In this document: positions 50,097-59,173 of the stretch, piece by piece
Layout of the letters: every line of letters begins with the position of its first letter
How positions within the stretch are numbered: position 1 is the first letter of the stretch
DNA from: Terrimicrobiaceae bacterium
Lineage (GTDB): Bacteria > Verrucomicrobiota > Verrucomicrobiia > Chthoniobacterales > Terrimicrobiaceae
Assembly (NCBI GenBank): GCA_041752695.1
Contig: JBGSVZ010000035.1
Location: 64,001-128,000, forward strand
Reading direction: 5' to 3'
DNA: 64,000 nt
Notes under the pieces: generated by a model
What the model was told of the DNA's origin: nothing
What the model saw: the letters and a program-made list of their open reading frames with translations, nothing else
The model's database searches: none
Program-made: the position numbers and the translations under genes

Positions 50097-50814
50097 ACTA
50101 CGTTCGATCCTCGGTACGCCACGGTGGGAGCGATTCATAGCAACTCTTCGAAGCTGCCGCGACGCCGGCCGAGCAATGGGTCTGCGTTACGACCTGGACG
50201 CGATTGGACGGGCGCTGGTCCTCGTCGGCACAATGACTGATTGGAACGAGATTCTGGATTTGCTTTGCGGACCAATCCCCGCAACCGCGCTGGCAACCCA
50301 TGCCTCCGCGCTGGCATGGCGTGCGTTCTGGCCGGCAGCCGCCACCTCACTATCCGCCAGCCCTTTCCCCATGAGCATGGAATGGTTGGATGCCTTGCGC
50401 CGCGACGGCGCACTCAAAAGGTTTACCGGTGGCAATTTGACAATGGCCTCCGATTGGCTGGAAATTGCGACTCGCCTGCTGCGAGCTCTTCCAATTGAGG
50501 AGGAGCAACCTCTGACCCATACCGCAGCCCGTTATTGTGGAAACAGCCACGCATTGGATCCCGGCCGCCCCCTTTCCACCCTGGTCTTGCGCGGGCTGGC
50601 GCAGCGCCTTGGTCAACCTCTGCCGTCACGTGCTCCAGATCGTCGTGAACTGTGGGCCAGATTCGGTGTTGTTTGTGACGACCTCAGCGCGCCCGTCCTG
50701 ACCTTCAACCTCGGAGTAACCGGGGACGCCCCATTGGCCGGCCGCGCTTTCGTCGAAGAACTCCTAGCTGACACTCTGCTGGCGGACCTCGAAACTCAGT
50801 TTGGATCGGTATAG
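50077..50814 (+). pseudogene. Internally deleted TIGR02679-like protein (Wadjet type III JetD)
   Basis: GNSHALDPG.PLSTLVLR and RELWARFGVVCDDLSAPVLTFNL, then a jump to the terminal EELLADTLLADL. The Toprim-like (DUF2399) domain is missing. Confidence 0.78.
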
Positions 50815-50852
50815 CAGAACTTTAACCGTCGCCGACACCTTGCCTGGAAATT

Positions 50853-51128
50853 TTACAAGTTGCCTTTGAAAGCCTTTCCTGCCACGAATTTCACGGTCTT
50901 GCTGGCCTTGATTTTGAGCTTTGCGCCGGTTTTCGGATTCACCCCCACCCGGGCCTTGCGGCTTACGACTTTGAACGATCCGAATCCGATTAACTGGACA
51001 CTATTCGCTTTTTTTACCCCGGCCTTGATTCCGTCGACCACCGCAGCGAGCGCACGTTCGGCTTGGGCGACAGTAGTGTCCTTTCCGAGGGATTTTTGAA
51101 TGGCGGAGACGAGTTCTGCTTTGTTCAT
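50853..51128 (-). CDS. hup: DNA-binding protein HU
   Basis: MNKAELV...VQLIGFGSFKV..RKARVGVNPKTG..KIKASKTVKFVAGK; 91 aa. Confidence 0.95.
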   Translation of the reverse strand: MNKAELVSAIQKSLGKDTTVAQAERALAAVVDGIKAGVKKANSVQLIGFGSFKVVSRKARVGVNPKTGAKLKIKASKTVKFVAGKAFKGNL

Positions 51129-51270
51129 ATAACCTGAACGAATAGCGATTTTACACAGCCTCGGCAATGGCGGAAAGCTGTCTTTGGGAATAACGCGGGC
51201 GCCGCAGGTCACCTCTGTGGCCCAAATTTTCCAGTTGAATCCCGCTATTAAACCCAGATTCAGTTCGTGC

Positions 51271-51498
51271 GTGAAGAAACAGTGGGAATCCATTCTCGAA
51301 AATTTGAAGACCGGTGGCTGGAACGTACGATGGATTGAAGCCACCCAGGCAGGGGAAGTGGGTTGGACGGCAATCGCCATCCGAGAAAAAGAAAGGCATT
51401 TCTCCCACGCAAATGATATCACCCTGGCCTTTCAGGAACTTGAGGAAAGCTGCAATCACATTCATCGCCCGAAAACTCCAACCGATCAAAAACGTTGA
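51271..51498 (+). CDS. Small hypothetical protein
   Basis: VKKQWESILENLKTGGW...ITLAFQELE resembles a small-protein pattern (WE.I...L...GW...LTAF.ELE) that I recall from Verrucomicrobia. Not verified by search. Confidence 0.5.
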   Translation: MKKQWESILENLKTGGWNVRWIEATQAGEVGWTAIAIREKERHFSHANDITLAFQELEESCNHIHRPKTPTDQKR

Positions 51499-51750
51499 AA
51501 CGGGGATTCGAAAACACGACGCGTAATACCCTGCCTCGGAGCGATACCCTTCGAAATAGACTCCGATCTGGATCATGTATATGGGCTAACATTCGGCCAA
51601 TTCGCTAAACGCGAAAGACATCGACTGCGGGGATTTAGCGCAAGCTCCCTGCTCAAACTCGTAAACTTTCCTGCTTCTTTTTTTTGTGGAAAATCCGCGA
51701 TGGCCAGACTTCAGCGATGGCCTCTTCTACCAAATCTCTTCCATTTTTAT

Positions 51751-53005
51751 CCTAAAAGCGGGAATAGAAAAAGCTGTTGGTTGGCGCAAGTGATTGGAGT
51801 AGTTGGGGATGCTCCAAATTTCGCGGGAACCGGAAGCTCACCCCAGGGGTGAGGAGGTTTTTGGCCCCAAACGGCAGGGAGGGTCATGGCCGGTGGACAC
51901 GCCCGGGGGGCGATATTACGCGGAGCTGGATTTTGATGCGCCGGTGACGCGCGAGGGGCAGCTGATCTTTTTTGCGCAATTTCTGCATGCCGGAGGGCGA
52001 TGGGAGGAGTTGCTGAAAAACTGCCCATTGCGATACTCTGGGAACCGTGGCAGCGGAGCGACCAATGTGGTGGGGACGGCGGCCCTCTCGATCCTCTGCG
52101 GGCATTGGCGCTATGCGCACATCAACGCGGTGCGGGGCGACACGCTGAACCCTCCGCTCTTGGGGATGAGCCATGTGGTCAGCGAAGATGTAGTGCGCCG
52201 TGCCATGAAGCGCATGGAGGAATCCGAAGGACTAGCCTAGCTTTCGGGGCAGTTGCGCGGGTGTGTAGACCCGGTCTTAAGTCTGCCGTGGATCTTGGAT
52301 ATTGATGTGACGGTGAAGCCCCTTTACGGGCACCAGCAAGGCGCGCAGATCGGGCACAACCCGCAAAAGCTGGGACGCCCGAGTCACGCCTATCACAGCT
52401 ACTTCATGGCTAACACGCGACTTTGTTTGGGAGTCGAGGTGCAGGGCGGCAAAGAACACGCCGCCCGGCATGGGCTGCCCGGCCTCTGGTCGTCGCTCGA
52501 TGCGCTGCCTCGAACCCACTGGCCCACCTTCGTTCGTGGAGACTGCGTTTACGGCAACGAAGGGCTTCTGGGCGAATGTGAAACCCGGGGGCTGCCAGGC
52601 TTTTTAAAACTTCGCCACATGGCCAAAGTCAAAACCCTGCTGGCCCGCATGCAGCGCGCCGGAGCGGCCTGGCAGGATGCGGGCCAGGGATGGGAAGTCC
52701 TCGAAGCCCGTCTGTGTTTGAGTGGCTGGAGCTGCGAGCGTCGCGTGGTGCTGGTGCGGGAAACCCCGGCCATCGCCCCGGTGGGGGAAAACGCCCGCCG
52801 CCGTCGCAACACCCTTCAACCCTACCTGCCTGGGGCCGCTCATTGGGAGCAAAACCCCGCTCCATGGGCCGGACGGATCGCCGTGCTGGTGACCACGCTC
52901 AAGGAGACGGCTTACCCTGCCGTGGCATTGGCCCGACTTTACCGCGAACGGGCCGACGCCGAAAACATCTACGACGAACTCAAAAACCAATGGGGCTGTG
53001 GCGGC
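51751..53005 (+). mobile_element. IS1380-family insertion sequence, transposase pseudogene
   Basis: HPRGE N-terminus, LDIDVTVKPLYGHQ.GA.IG.NP, RGDCVYG and YRERADAENIYDELKNQWG. In-frame TAG at 52238-52240; truncated at about 53005. The left end is probably CCTAAA at 51751. Confidence 0.88.
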
Positions 53006-53646
53006 TAATCCCCACAGCCAAAACCTGGCAATTCCGATTCAAGTGGCTAGATAGATCCAAACCCCACTTGAAGCCGTGGTCATCCCTCAAAAACAAACCT
53101 GAATTGTAACGATCACATCAGCACGGATTCACACCCCAAATCAGCAAGTTTTACGACCAAAATTCACAGCTTTTTTGAAACCATTCTCATTTCGCGTAGG
53201 TTCACTTTTCATTACCCATTGCAAATCAACAGAATAACTCCTGATTTTCGTTTCCAAATGTATACTAGCTATTTACCCACTTTCTTACCCATCTACTTAC
53301 CCACTTTCTTACCCTCCCTTCAGTCTGCTCTTGCGAGTAATCCCCACAGCCAAAACCTGGCAATTCCGATTCAAGTAGCTAGATAGATCCAAACCCCTCT
53401 TGAAGCCGAGGTAATCCCTCAAAAGCAAACCTCAGTTGCAACGATCACATCAGCACGGATTCACACCCCACATCAGCAAGTTTTACGACCAAAATTCACA
53501 GCTTTTTTGAAACCATTCTCATTTCGCGTAGGTTCACTTTTCATTACCCATTGCAAATCAACAGAATAACTCCCGATTTTCGTTTCCAAATGTATACTAG
53601 CTATTTACCCACTTTCTTACCCATCTACTTACCCACTTTCTTACCC
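53006..53646. repeat. Near-identical direct duplication, period 332 bp (53006-53314 and 53338-53646), each copy ending in four TTACCC repeats spaced 12 bp apart
   Basis: Both copies begin TAATCCCCACAGCCAAAACCTGGCAATTCCG and differ by scattered substitutions. Confidence 0.95.
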
Positions 53647-54366
53647 ACATCGCGTCGTCAATGGTCACCGCCTCCGCTCTCTCCCTCAAGCACCCCAACT
53701 TGGGCCAACAGGCCTCTCCCAAAATTTCCTACCGCAGCGCTTTGGCCGATAGGCCTTCCCAAAATTTATATCTGCCATACCACCGCCGCCGCGGCTTAAG
53801 CACTTGAGACTTCATTACCCCCAGATGGCTACGCCCGATAGATCTAGCTCAGGGCCCTCGCACTCGCGGCCCATCCCCGCTCTTCGCACCCTGTTCTCAA
53901 ATTTACGGCTATCTGCCGCTTTTCACATCCTATCTCCTTGCAAAACATCGGGATACAACAAGTTTAAACACTTTCATACCCTAACATGCCCCCGCACCAT
54001 CCGTGGCGCCAACCTTCACGACCCCTTGCTCACTCCTTGAAAACCCTTACACGGGCTCCCTACGCGTGAATTCAGCCACTCCTCGACAATACACTCACAT
54101 CAAATAATATTATGCTGGCTGCATTGAGTTGAGGTTCGCTGGAGGAAGGAATAACTGGACATTCCTACTTCACCCCCCACCAACCAACCACACAGACACC
54201 CTTTCATGCCGATTACCCACATCAACACCCGATCACCCGCGAAACCTTTCTCAAACCCGTGCGATACCCATGCGTCCATATGCGATATTATGCGAACCAT
54301 GGTTACATGATTGGATTGCAAGATAGAATTTTGTGCAAAGCCACAAAATTCCAATACATACGCACT

Positions 54367-54469
54367 TGTTACTCTTTTTTAGGTCTCCAGTACCATTTTG
54401 TTACACTCTTTCGGCCCTGAGGGCAGGATTTGTTACACAAATCAGCGCCTTTTGGCGAAAATGTAACAT
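54367..54469. promoter_or_regulatory. Phased TGTTAC repeat array upstream of the RHH gene
   Basis: TGTTAC at 54367, 54399 and 54431, and inverted GTAACA at 54463: exact 32-bp spacing. Confidence 0.65.
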
Positions 54470-54496
54470 TGCTATTTTTTGTGATATACTAATGGT

Positions 54497-54844
54497 ATGG
54501 CTAACGAACAAAACCAGCGCGAAATTCCATCTGAAACCTCGGACGACTCAAGCACTCCATCTATTAAAAAAGCACCGATCGTCCGGCTCCGGCGGGGGTC
54601 GAATGCGTTACTTGAAAAATTGGCATCTAAACACGGGCTTACGAAATCTGGAACAATAGACATAGCGCTTAGACTCCTAGAGGATGCTGCTGCTGGCAGG
54701 TTGGATGTTACTCTGCCTGCCCTCACTCAAGAGGTGATAGGCCTTGATCATTCTGTCGGCCTGCTGGCTGAGCAACTTGAGCATCTCGAAGGGCTTCGTG
54801 GAGTTATTATCGCTTGCGGGCATGAACAGGGGAAAGACGAATAG
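54497..54844 (+). CDS. Ribbon-helix-helix DNA-binding protein with C-terminal coiled coil
   Basis: PIVRLRRGSNALLEKLASKHGLTKSGTIDIALRLL fits the strand-helix-G-turn-helix RHH pattern. Confidence 0.65.
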   Translation: MANEQNQREIPSETSDDSSTPSIKKAPIVRLRRGSNALLEKLASKHGLTKSGTIDIALRLLEDAAAGRLDVTLPALTQEVIGLDHSVGLLAEQLEHLEGLRGVIIACGHEQGKDE

Positions 54845-54924
54845 AAGGAAAGCTGCCCTTTTTTTGCAGATGGAATTATCACACGCGCCCACCACTTTGA
54901 GGCAACAATCGGACTTTAAACCCG

Positions 54925-56307
54925 CTACTCCACAGGAATAGGATATTGATGATGGATATTGCCGTCTAATTTGGCCCCGCCGTCCTTCTTTTCCCTCTGG
55001 GGTGCCCCCTCTTCGTTGAAGTCGCCCCACTGTTTGAAGAAAAACGGGATTCCGGCCCTTTTACATTGGTCCCGGAGGCTCGTCGCCCACTTCTTGTCCA
55101 TCGGTCGTCCGCCCTTCGATTCCCCGCCGACAACCACCCAATCAAGGTCGCTGGTAGTGCTCAGCTTGATCGGGCCCAGAAGAGGCTCGCAACTCAGCCA
55201 CCGGATCGCTGCCCTCACCTGACGGAGGTGTCCGATTCGCTCGTCGAAACGCTGCTGGTTTTCTGTCGATGTGCCGAGCCAGATATTCCGCAACGGATCG
55301 CGGGTCCGATAGCGTTTTTGCGTGAATTCAGACATACGCTCCGGGCGCTTCGTTAAAACTTGGAATGTGTGCCAGGATGCCTTCTCCATAACCTCAAAAA
55401 CGGCAGAGATGAAGTCCTCTCGGACATTTTTGTGGAACAGGTCCGACATCGAGTTCACGAAATATTTCGTTGGGGTTCTGTTCAACAAGGGGTCGCCCAG
55501 CCGTTCTGGGAGTAAGAGGATTTTTCCAGTGAACGCGTAGGCACCCCCGGATTCCCGCGCAAGCCCCGGATACATGTCGGCTCCGCGCGTCGCAACAAAC
55601 TTGGCGGCATAGCAATGGTCGCAACCTTCGGACGCTCTCGTGCAGCCTTGTAGCGGGTTCCAGGTGACCTGTGTCCACTCGATCTTGCTAATTCGTCGGT
55701 CGCCGAGTGCAGTGGCTCTAGCTTTGAGATGTCGGAATAGATGACGGATTTCGTCCGATGCGCGGGAAGGAAGATCGCCTTCTGCATCTTCGATTAAAGC
55801 CACGAATTTTTTCGCGAGTTCATTCGTTTTTCCGTCTGGCTCCACCGGTTCCAAAGGAGGGGCCAGGAAAGCCTTCGCGGAGCGAACTTCGGCGGGGGAG
55901 ATATCGTCTTTGGTGTGCCATTTTCCCCAGCTCTCCAACAGATCAAAGATTTGCGCCAGATCGTCCGGTTGATCCCGGAGCGATCCCAACGGACGGAAGT
56001 GAGCTTCGGTGTCGAGCTTCTCCAAAATGTCCCCTCGAGGGGACATATGCATGAGTTGACCTGCATCGGCGATCCGGTTTGCGTGGCTGCGCCCATAGTC
56101 AAACTCCCGCTTGAAATATTCGGTGAACGACCCGTGCTCCCGATAGAGTCTCCGCTCCCGGATCTGGTGGAACGCCTCCGCCATCTTCCGGAATCCTTCA
56201 CGTGCCTCCCGAGCGGCCTCGCGAATCACACCCTCATATTTTTTTAGAAGATGGGTTTCTTTCGCGCTCAAGGGCAATTTAACTTCGAACGAAGTTGTCA
56301 TAGTCAT
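54925..56307 (-). CDS. DUF5131 (phage Gp37/Gp68) radical-SAM-like protein with ~200-aa N-terminal extension
   Basis: SKIEWT..TWNPLQGCTRASEGCDHCYA (Cx6Cx2C), FVNSMSDLFH, FQVLTKRP, LSCEPLLG, WVVVGGES and PFFFKQWG. Confidence 0.9.
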   Translation of the reverse strand: MTMTTSFEVKLPLSAKETHLLKKYEGVIREAAREAREGFRKMAEAFHQIRERRLYREHGSFTEYFKREFDYGRSHANRIADAGQLMHMSPRGDILEKLDTEAHFRPLGSLRDQPDDLAQIFDLLESWGKWHTKDDISPAEVRSAKAFLAPPLEPVEPDGKTNELAKKFVALIEDAEGDLPSRASDEIRHLFRHLKARATALGDRRISKIEWTQVTWNPLQGCTRASEGCDHCYAAKFVATRGADMYPGLARESGGAYAFTGKILLLPERLGDPLLNRTPTKYFVNSMSDLFHKNVREDFISAVFEVMEKASWHTFQVLTKRPERMSEFTQKRYRTRDPLRNIWLGTSTENQQRFDERIGHLRQVRAAIRWLSCEPLLGPIKLSTTSDLDWVVVGGESKGGRPMDKKWATSLRDQCKRAGIPFFFKQWGDFNEEGAPQREKKDGGAKLDGNIHHQYPIPVE

Positions 56308-56399
56308 GACGTATCAGCTCCGGCCGCAGGGTTCAATATCTCCGTCAAGAAGGCTTCAACGGCCCTTGGGCTCAAAACCCATAAACAGAAAAAGTTGAA

Positions 56400-57347
56400 A
56401 TGATATTACCAAAATCCACTTCAATTGAAACCCAAACAGCTTGGTCGGCTCAGCGGGTTGGAACGCTCCATAGCTGCATGAAAAAATACCGATTCAGGTA
56501 CCTTCTCCGAGGCGGATGGAAGCCCGATGCGGACGAGGATCACCGGAAGGTTTATCGCCTGGGACTACTCCAAAATGAGTCCGCTTTCGCGGGAACTCTC
56601 ATCCACAAGCATATCCGCAGGATGATCGCCGCCGGAATGGCCGGCATTTCGCTGGAGGTTGGAAAGCAGGCCGACACGGCCTGCCGGGAGTTCACCATCG
56701 CGGTGGAAGCAGGGTCCGCCATTCCGCTCGAAAAGGTGCGCCGGGACCGAACAAAGTTTCTTCGTCAAGAACGCGGACTCCCGTTTTTCCCACAGGAGAT
56801 CGCCCGCTTTCACGAGCACATCCGCAGCTGCCTCAATGCCTGGTGGGATCATAATGAAACCCAGGATTTGCTCGCTCACCGCCAACACATCATCCGGGAA
56901 TTTTTGGATCCCGAGAAGCCTCTGCTGACTGACGCACTGGGCGTGCCGAGCTTCTTGAAAACTGATGCCATTGTTAAACTTGGCAACAATGTCACGATAT
57001 ACGATTGGAAATCTGGAAATCCCTCGGATTCCGACGAAAAACAAGCTTCAATCTACGATGCCTTCGCCCGGGCACATTTCCAACTGGATGAGACCGCGAA
57101 CGTAGAAGCGAGGTTCGTCTATCTCACGGATGGGTCCTCTCGAAGATTCACTTTCGACGCCGATCAACGTGCCCAGTTGCTTTGGCAGATTCAGGAGGAA
57201 TACACCGATCTTGTCATCACGGACGCCAAACCCGATCCCAAGCTCTTTCCCCCAAGACCCAACGGGCAATGTGAGCGGTGTGTCTTTCAATTCCTCTGCC
57301 AAGAGGGACAAAAGCAGATCGCCAAGACCAAGGAGGTGCTGTCATGA
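56400..57347 (+). CDS. PD-(D/E)XK nuclease, AddB/RecB/Cas4-like, with putative Fe-S cluster
   Basis: N-terminal SCMKKYRFRY, GTLIH, KTDAI..IYDWKSG, QASIY and C-terminal CERCVFQFLC. Confidence 0.85.
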   Translation: MILPKSTSIETQTAWSAQRVGTLHSCMKKYRFRYLLRGGWKPDADEDHRKVYRLGLLQNESAFAGTLIHKHIRRMIAAGMAGISLEVGKQADTACREFTIAVEAGSAIPLEKVRRDRTKFLRQERGLPFFPQEIARFHEHIRSCLNAWWDHNETQDLLAHRQHIIREFLDPEKPLLTDALGVPSFLKTDAIVKLGNNVTIYDWKSGNPSDSDEKQASIYDAFARAHFQLDETANVEARFVYLTDGSSRRFTFDADQRAQLLWQIQEEYTDLVITDAKPDPKLFPPRPNGQCERCVFQFLCQEGQKQIAKTKEVLS

Positions 57348-58213
57348 AACCTCTGACCAGCTGGACGCGGCAGGTTTCGGCCCATGACAAATGTCCAAAA
57401 AGATTTTATTTGCGGTATCTCGAACCGAGCGGGATCAGCCAACGTTTCAATTGTCTGAGGTCCGTTCGGGAGCTGGGGGGGCATGTCGTTCATGCAGTTC
57501 TAGCCACAGTTGTCCGAGCCGTAGCGAATGGTGACCGAGTGGGGGATCATCCCTATTCCGGACAGAGAGCGCTAGAAGAGTTCGATCGAATCGTGGCAGA
57601 TTCCGGTTCTCTGCCTCCATGGAAATTGCTCCACGAGTGCCAAGTCGCAGAACTCCACAACGGGCAACTTGCCCAGGAGGAAATTGCCCACTGGAGGGAA
57701 ATCATTCCCCTTTGTGTGGAAAATGGTCTTCGTGTCATGCAAACTTTGGGTTTTCGCAGTGATGCCGGTGAACGGAAAATGTTGGCCGAACAAGGATTTC
57801 GATTTAAGACATCCGAACGCGTGCACCGCGGCATTATTGATGTCCTGTTGCGCGATGGCAAAAACTGGACGGTATACGACTGGAAGTGCCATTCGATCTC
57901 CAACACCGACGTCCGGCAGGTGCACTTCTATCAGGACTATCTGGCAAAAGCCGAAGGGGTGCCGCATTCTCGCCTTCACGGATTTGCGGTGGACCTCCTG
58001 CGCGAAGAAATCATGCCGGTCCATTTTCGTCCGCACGATCATCCAACGCAGATCCGTCACCGAGTCAGACTCCACGTTCCAGAAAAATCCGCAAATCCGT
58101 TCGGAGCCCGGGCAACTTTGGAGAATTGTTCTCGGTGCCCATTCGCAGCCGTTTGTGCCGAATCGGCAGTGAAACCGCCCCACGCGATCCAAATTCTGGA
58201 GGAGCTAGCGTGA
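57344..58213 (+). CDS. Second PD-(D/E)XK nuclease, AddB/RecB/Cas4-like, with putative Fe-S cluster
   Basis: ATGA overlap with the previous stop; KCPKRFYLRY, GHVVH, GIIDVL..VYDWK, QVHFY and CSRCPFAAVC. Confidence 0.85.
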   Translation: MKPLTSWTRQVSAHDKCPKRFYLRYLEPSGISQRFNCLRSVRELGGHVVHAVLATVVRAVANGDRVGDHPYSGQRALEEFDRIVADSGSLPPWKLLHECQVAELHNGQLAQEEIAHWREIIPLCVENGLRVMQTLGFRSDAGERKMLAEQGFRFKTSERVHRGIIDVLLRDGKNWTVYDWKCHSISNTDVRQVHFYQDYLAKAEGVPHSRLHGFAVDLLREEIMPVHFRPHDHPTQIRHRVRLHVPEKSANPFGARATLENCSRCPFAAVCAESAVKPPHAIQILEELA

Positions 58214-59103
58214 ATCCTACTCCCATCCTGTGGTCAGCCTCCCAGCGGCGGGCTTTCGATGATCTGTGCGCAACCGGGGAGACGTTCTTCCATGCTGATT
58301 GGACCTCCCTTCCAATGAGGCCGCGTTTTGATTCCCTGATCATTGGCCCCAGTGGGGTCGGCAAAAGCCACCTCACACGCGCGGTTGCCGAGAACCTTAG
58401 CGTCCCGATCCTCAAACTAAGCCACGGCGAGTGGATTGTCACCGCCGCGAGGACATGCACGAGATCGACCATCCAGCGAGTTCGCGACTTTTTAGGACAA
58501 AACGAATGCGGTATTATTCATATTGATGAGCTCGATAAGTCCCGGGCCGGGTTCCGTACTGAATGGAGCATTGCTGTCTTTGGGGAAATCTTTAGCTTAT
58601 TGGACCGCCATTCACCTGCCCCACCACGCGATGGGGCGTGGTCGGAGACCGAACTGTCTCACCTTAGAAACAGATTCTGGTTTCTTGGCTCAGGGACTTG
58701 GCAGGATTTGTGGAATGATGTTTCATCCGCAAAAATCGGTTTCGGAAAGTCCAATTTTTCTGACGACCAAACCATGCTCGTGGAAAAAGTTCGACGCTCT
58801 TGCTTGATTCCGGAGGAACTATTGTTCCGTTTTTCAGCGAACTACATCTTACTTCCGCCAGCAACGGAAGACGACTACCGTCAAGCGGCAAAGGCGTTTG
58901 GGCTCTGCAAAATGGCCGAAGTTCTAGGAATTCAGATTGACTTTCGCAAGGCTACCGCGGAGGGCTCGGGAGCCCGGTGGTTGGAAGAAACGCAGGCACA
59001 ATTTCTAGTTCATGCGTGGAAATCCGGCCGGCGCGATATCCTTGCTCCCCGCCCGCTCGAAAAGACTCCAACAAACGAGGAATGCGATGACATTCCGCTA
59101 TGA
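58210..59103 (+). CDS. AAA+ ATPase (ClpX/HslU-like Walker B)
   Basis: GTGA overlap with the previous stop; Walker A GPSGVGKS, Walker B IIHIDELDK and IPEELLFRF (Arg-finger region). Confidence 0.85.
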   Translation: MNPTPILWSASQRRAFDDLCATGETFFHADWTSLPMRPRFDSLIIGPSGVGKSHLTRAVAENLSVPILKLSHGEWIVTAARTCTRSTIQRVRDFLGQNECGIIHIDELDKSRAGFRTEWSIAVFGEIFSLLDRHSPAPPRDGAWSETELSHLRNRFWFLGSGTWQDLWNDVSSAKIGFGKSNFSDDQTMLVEKVRRSCLIPEELLFRFSANYILLPPATEDDYRQAAKAFGLCKMAEVLGIQIDFRKATAEGSGARWLEETQAQFLVHAWKSGRRDILAPRPLEKTPTNEECDDIPL

Positions 59104-59173
59104 GTATGTCTAAAACGCCTGGGCCAAGAAAAAGCAAGTCCCTTCTCGGACACACAAAGTATCAAAATCGCAC

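Noticed and set aside
50853..51422. 189-aa extended HU protein as in the ORF track
   Set aside because: The canonical MNKAEL start at 51128 gives a normal 91-aa HU; the extension overlaps an opposite-strand small ORF.
53270..53646. TTACCC repeats as a coding (V/M)GKK repeat or telomere-like sequence
   Set aside because: The minus-strand frame has stops within the repeats, and there are only four units per copy in an internal bacterial locus.
54367..54469. Possible mini-CRISPR array near Cas4-like nucleases
   Set aside because: The repeated core is only 6-10 bp with a 32-bp period, far shorter than a CRISPR repeat-spacer unit, and no cas1/cas2 is present.
56400..58213. Calling the nucleases CRISPR cas4 or addB
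   Set aside because: No cas genes, array or AddA/UvrD helicase lie nearby. The motifs support only a PD-(D/E)XK Fe-S nuclease superfamily call.
57886..59103. 405-aa version of the AAA+ ATPase
   Set aside because: The first ~108 codons overlap the second nuclease in another frame. GTG 58210, with a GGAG RBS and stop overlap, is the better start.
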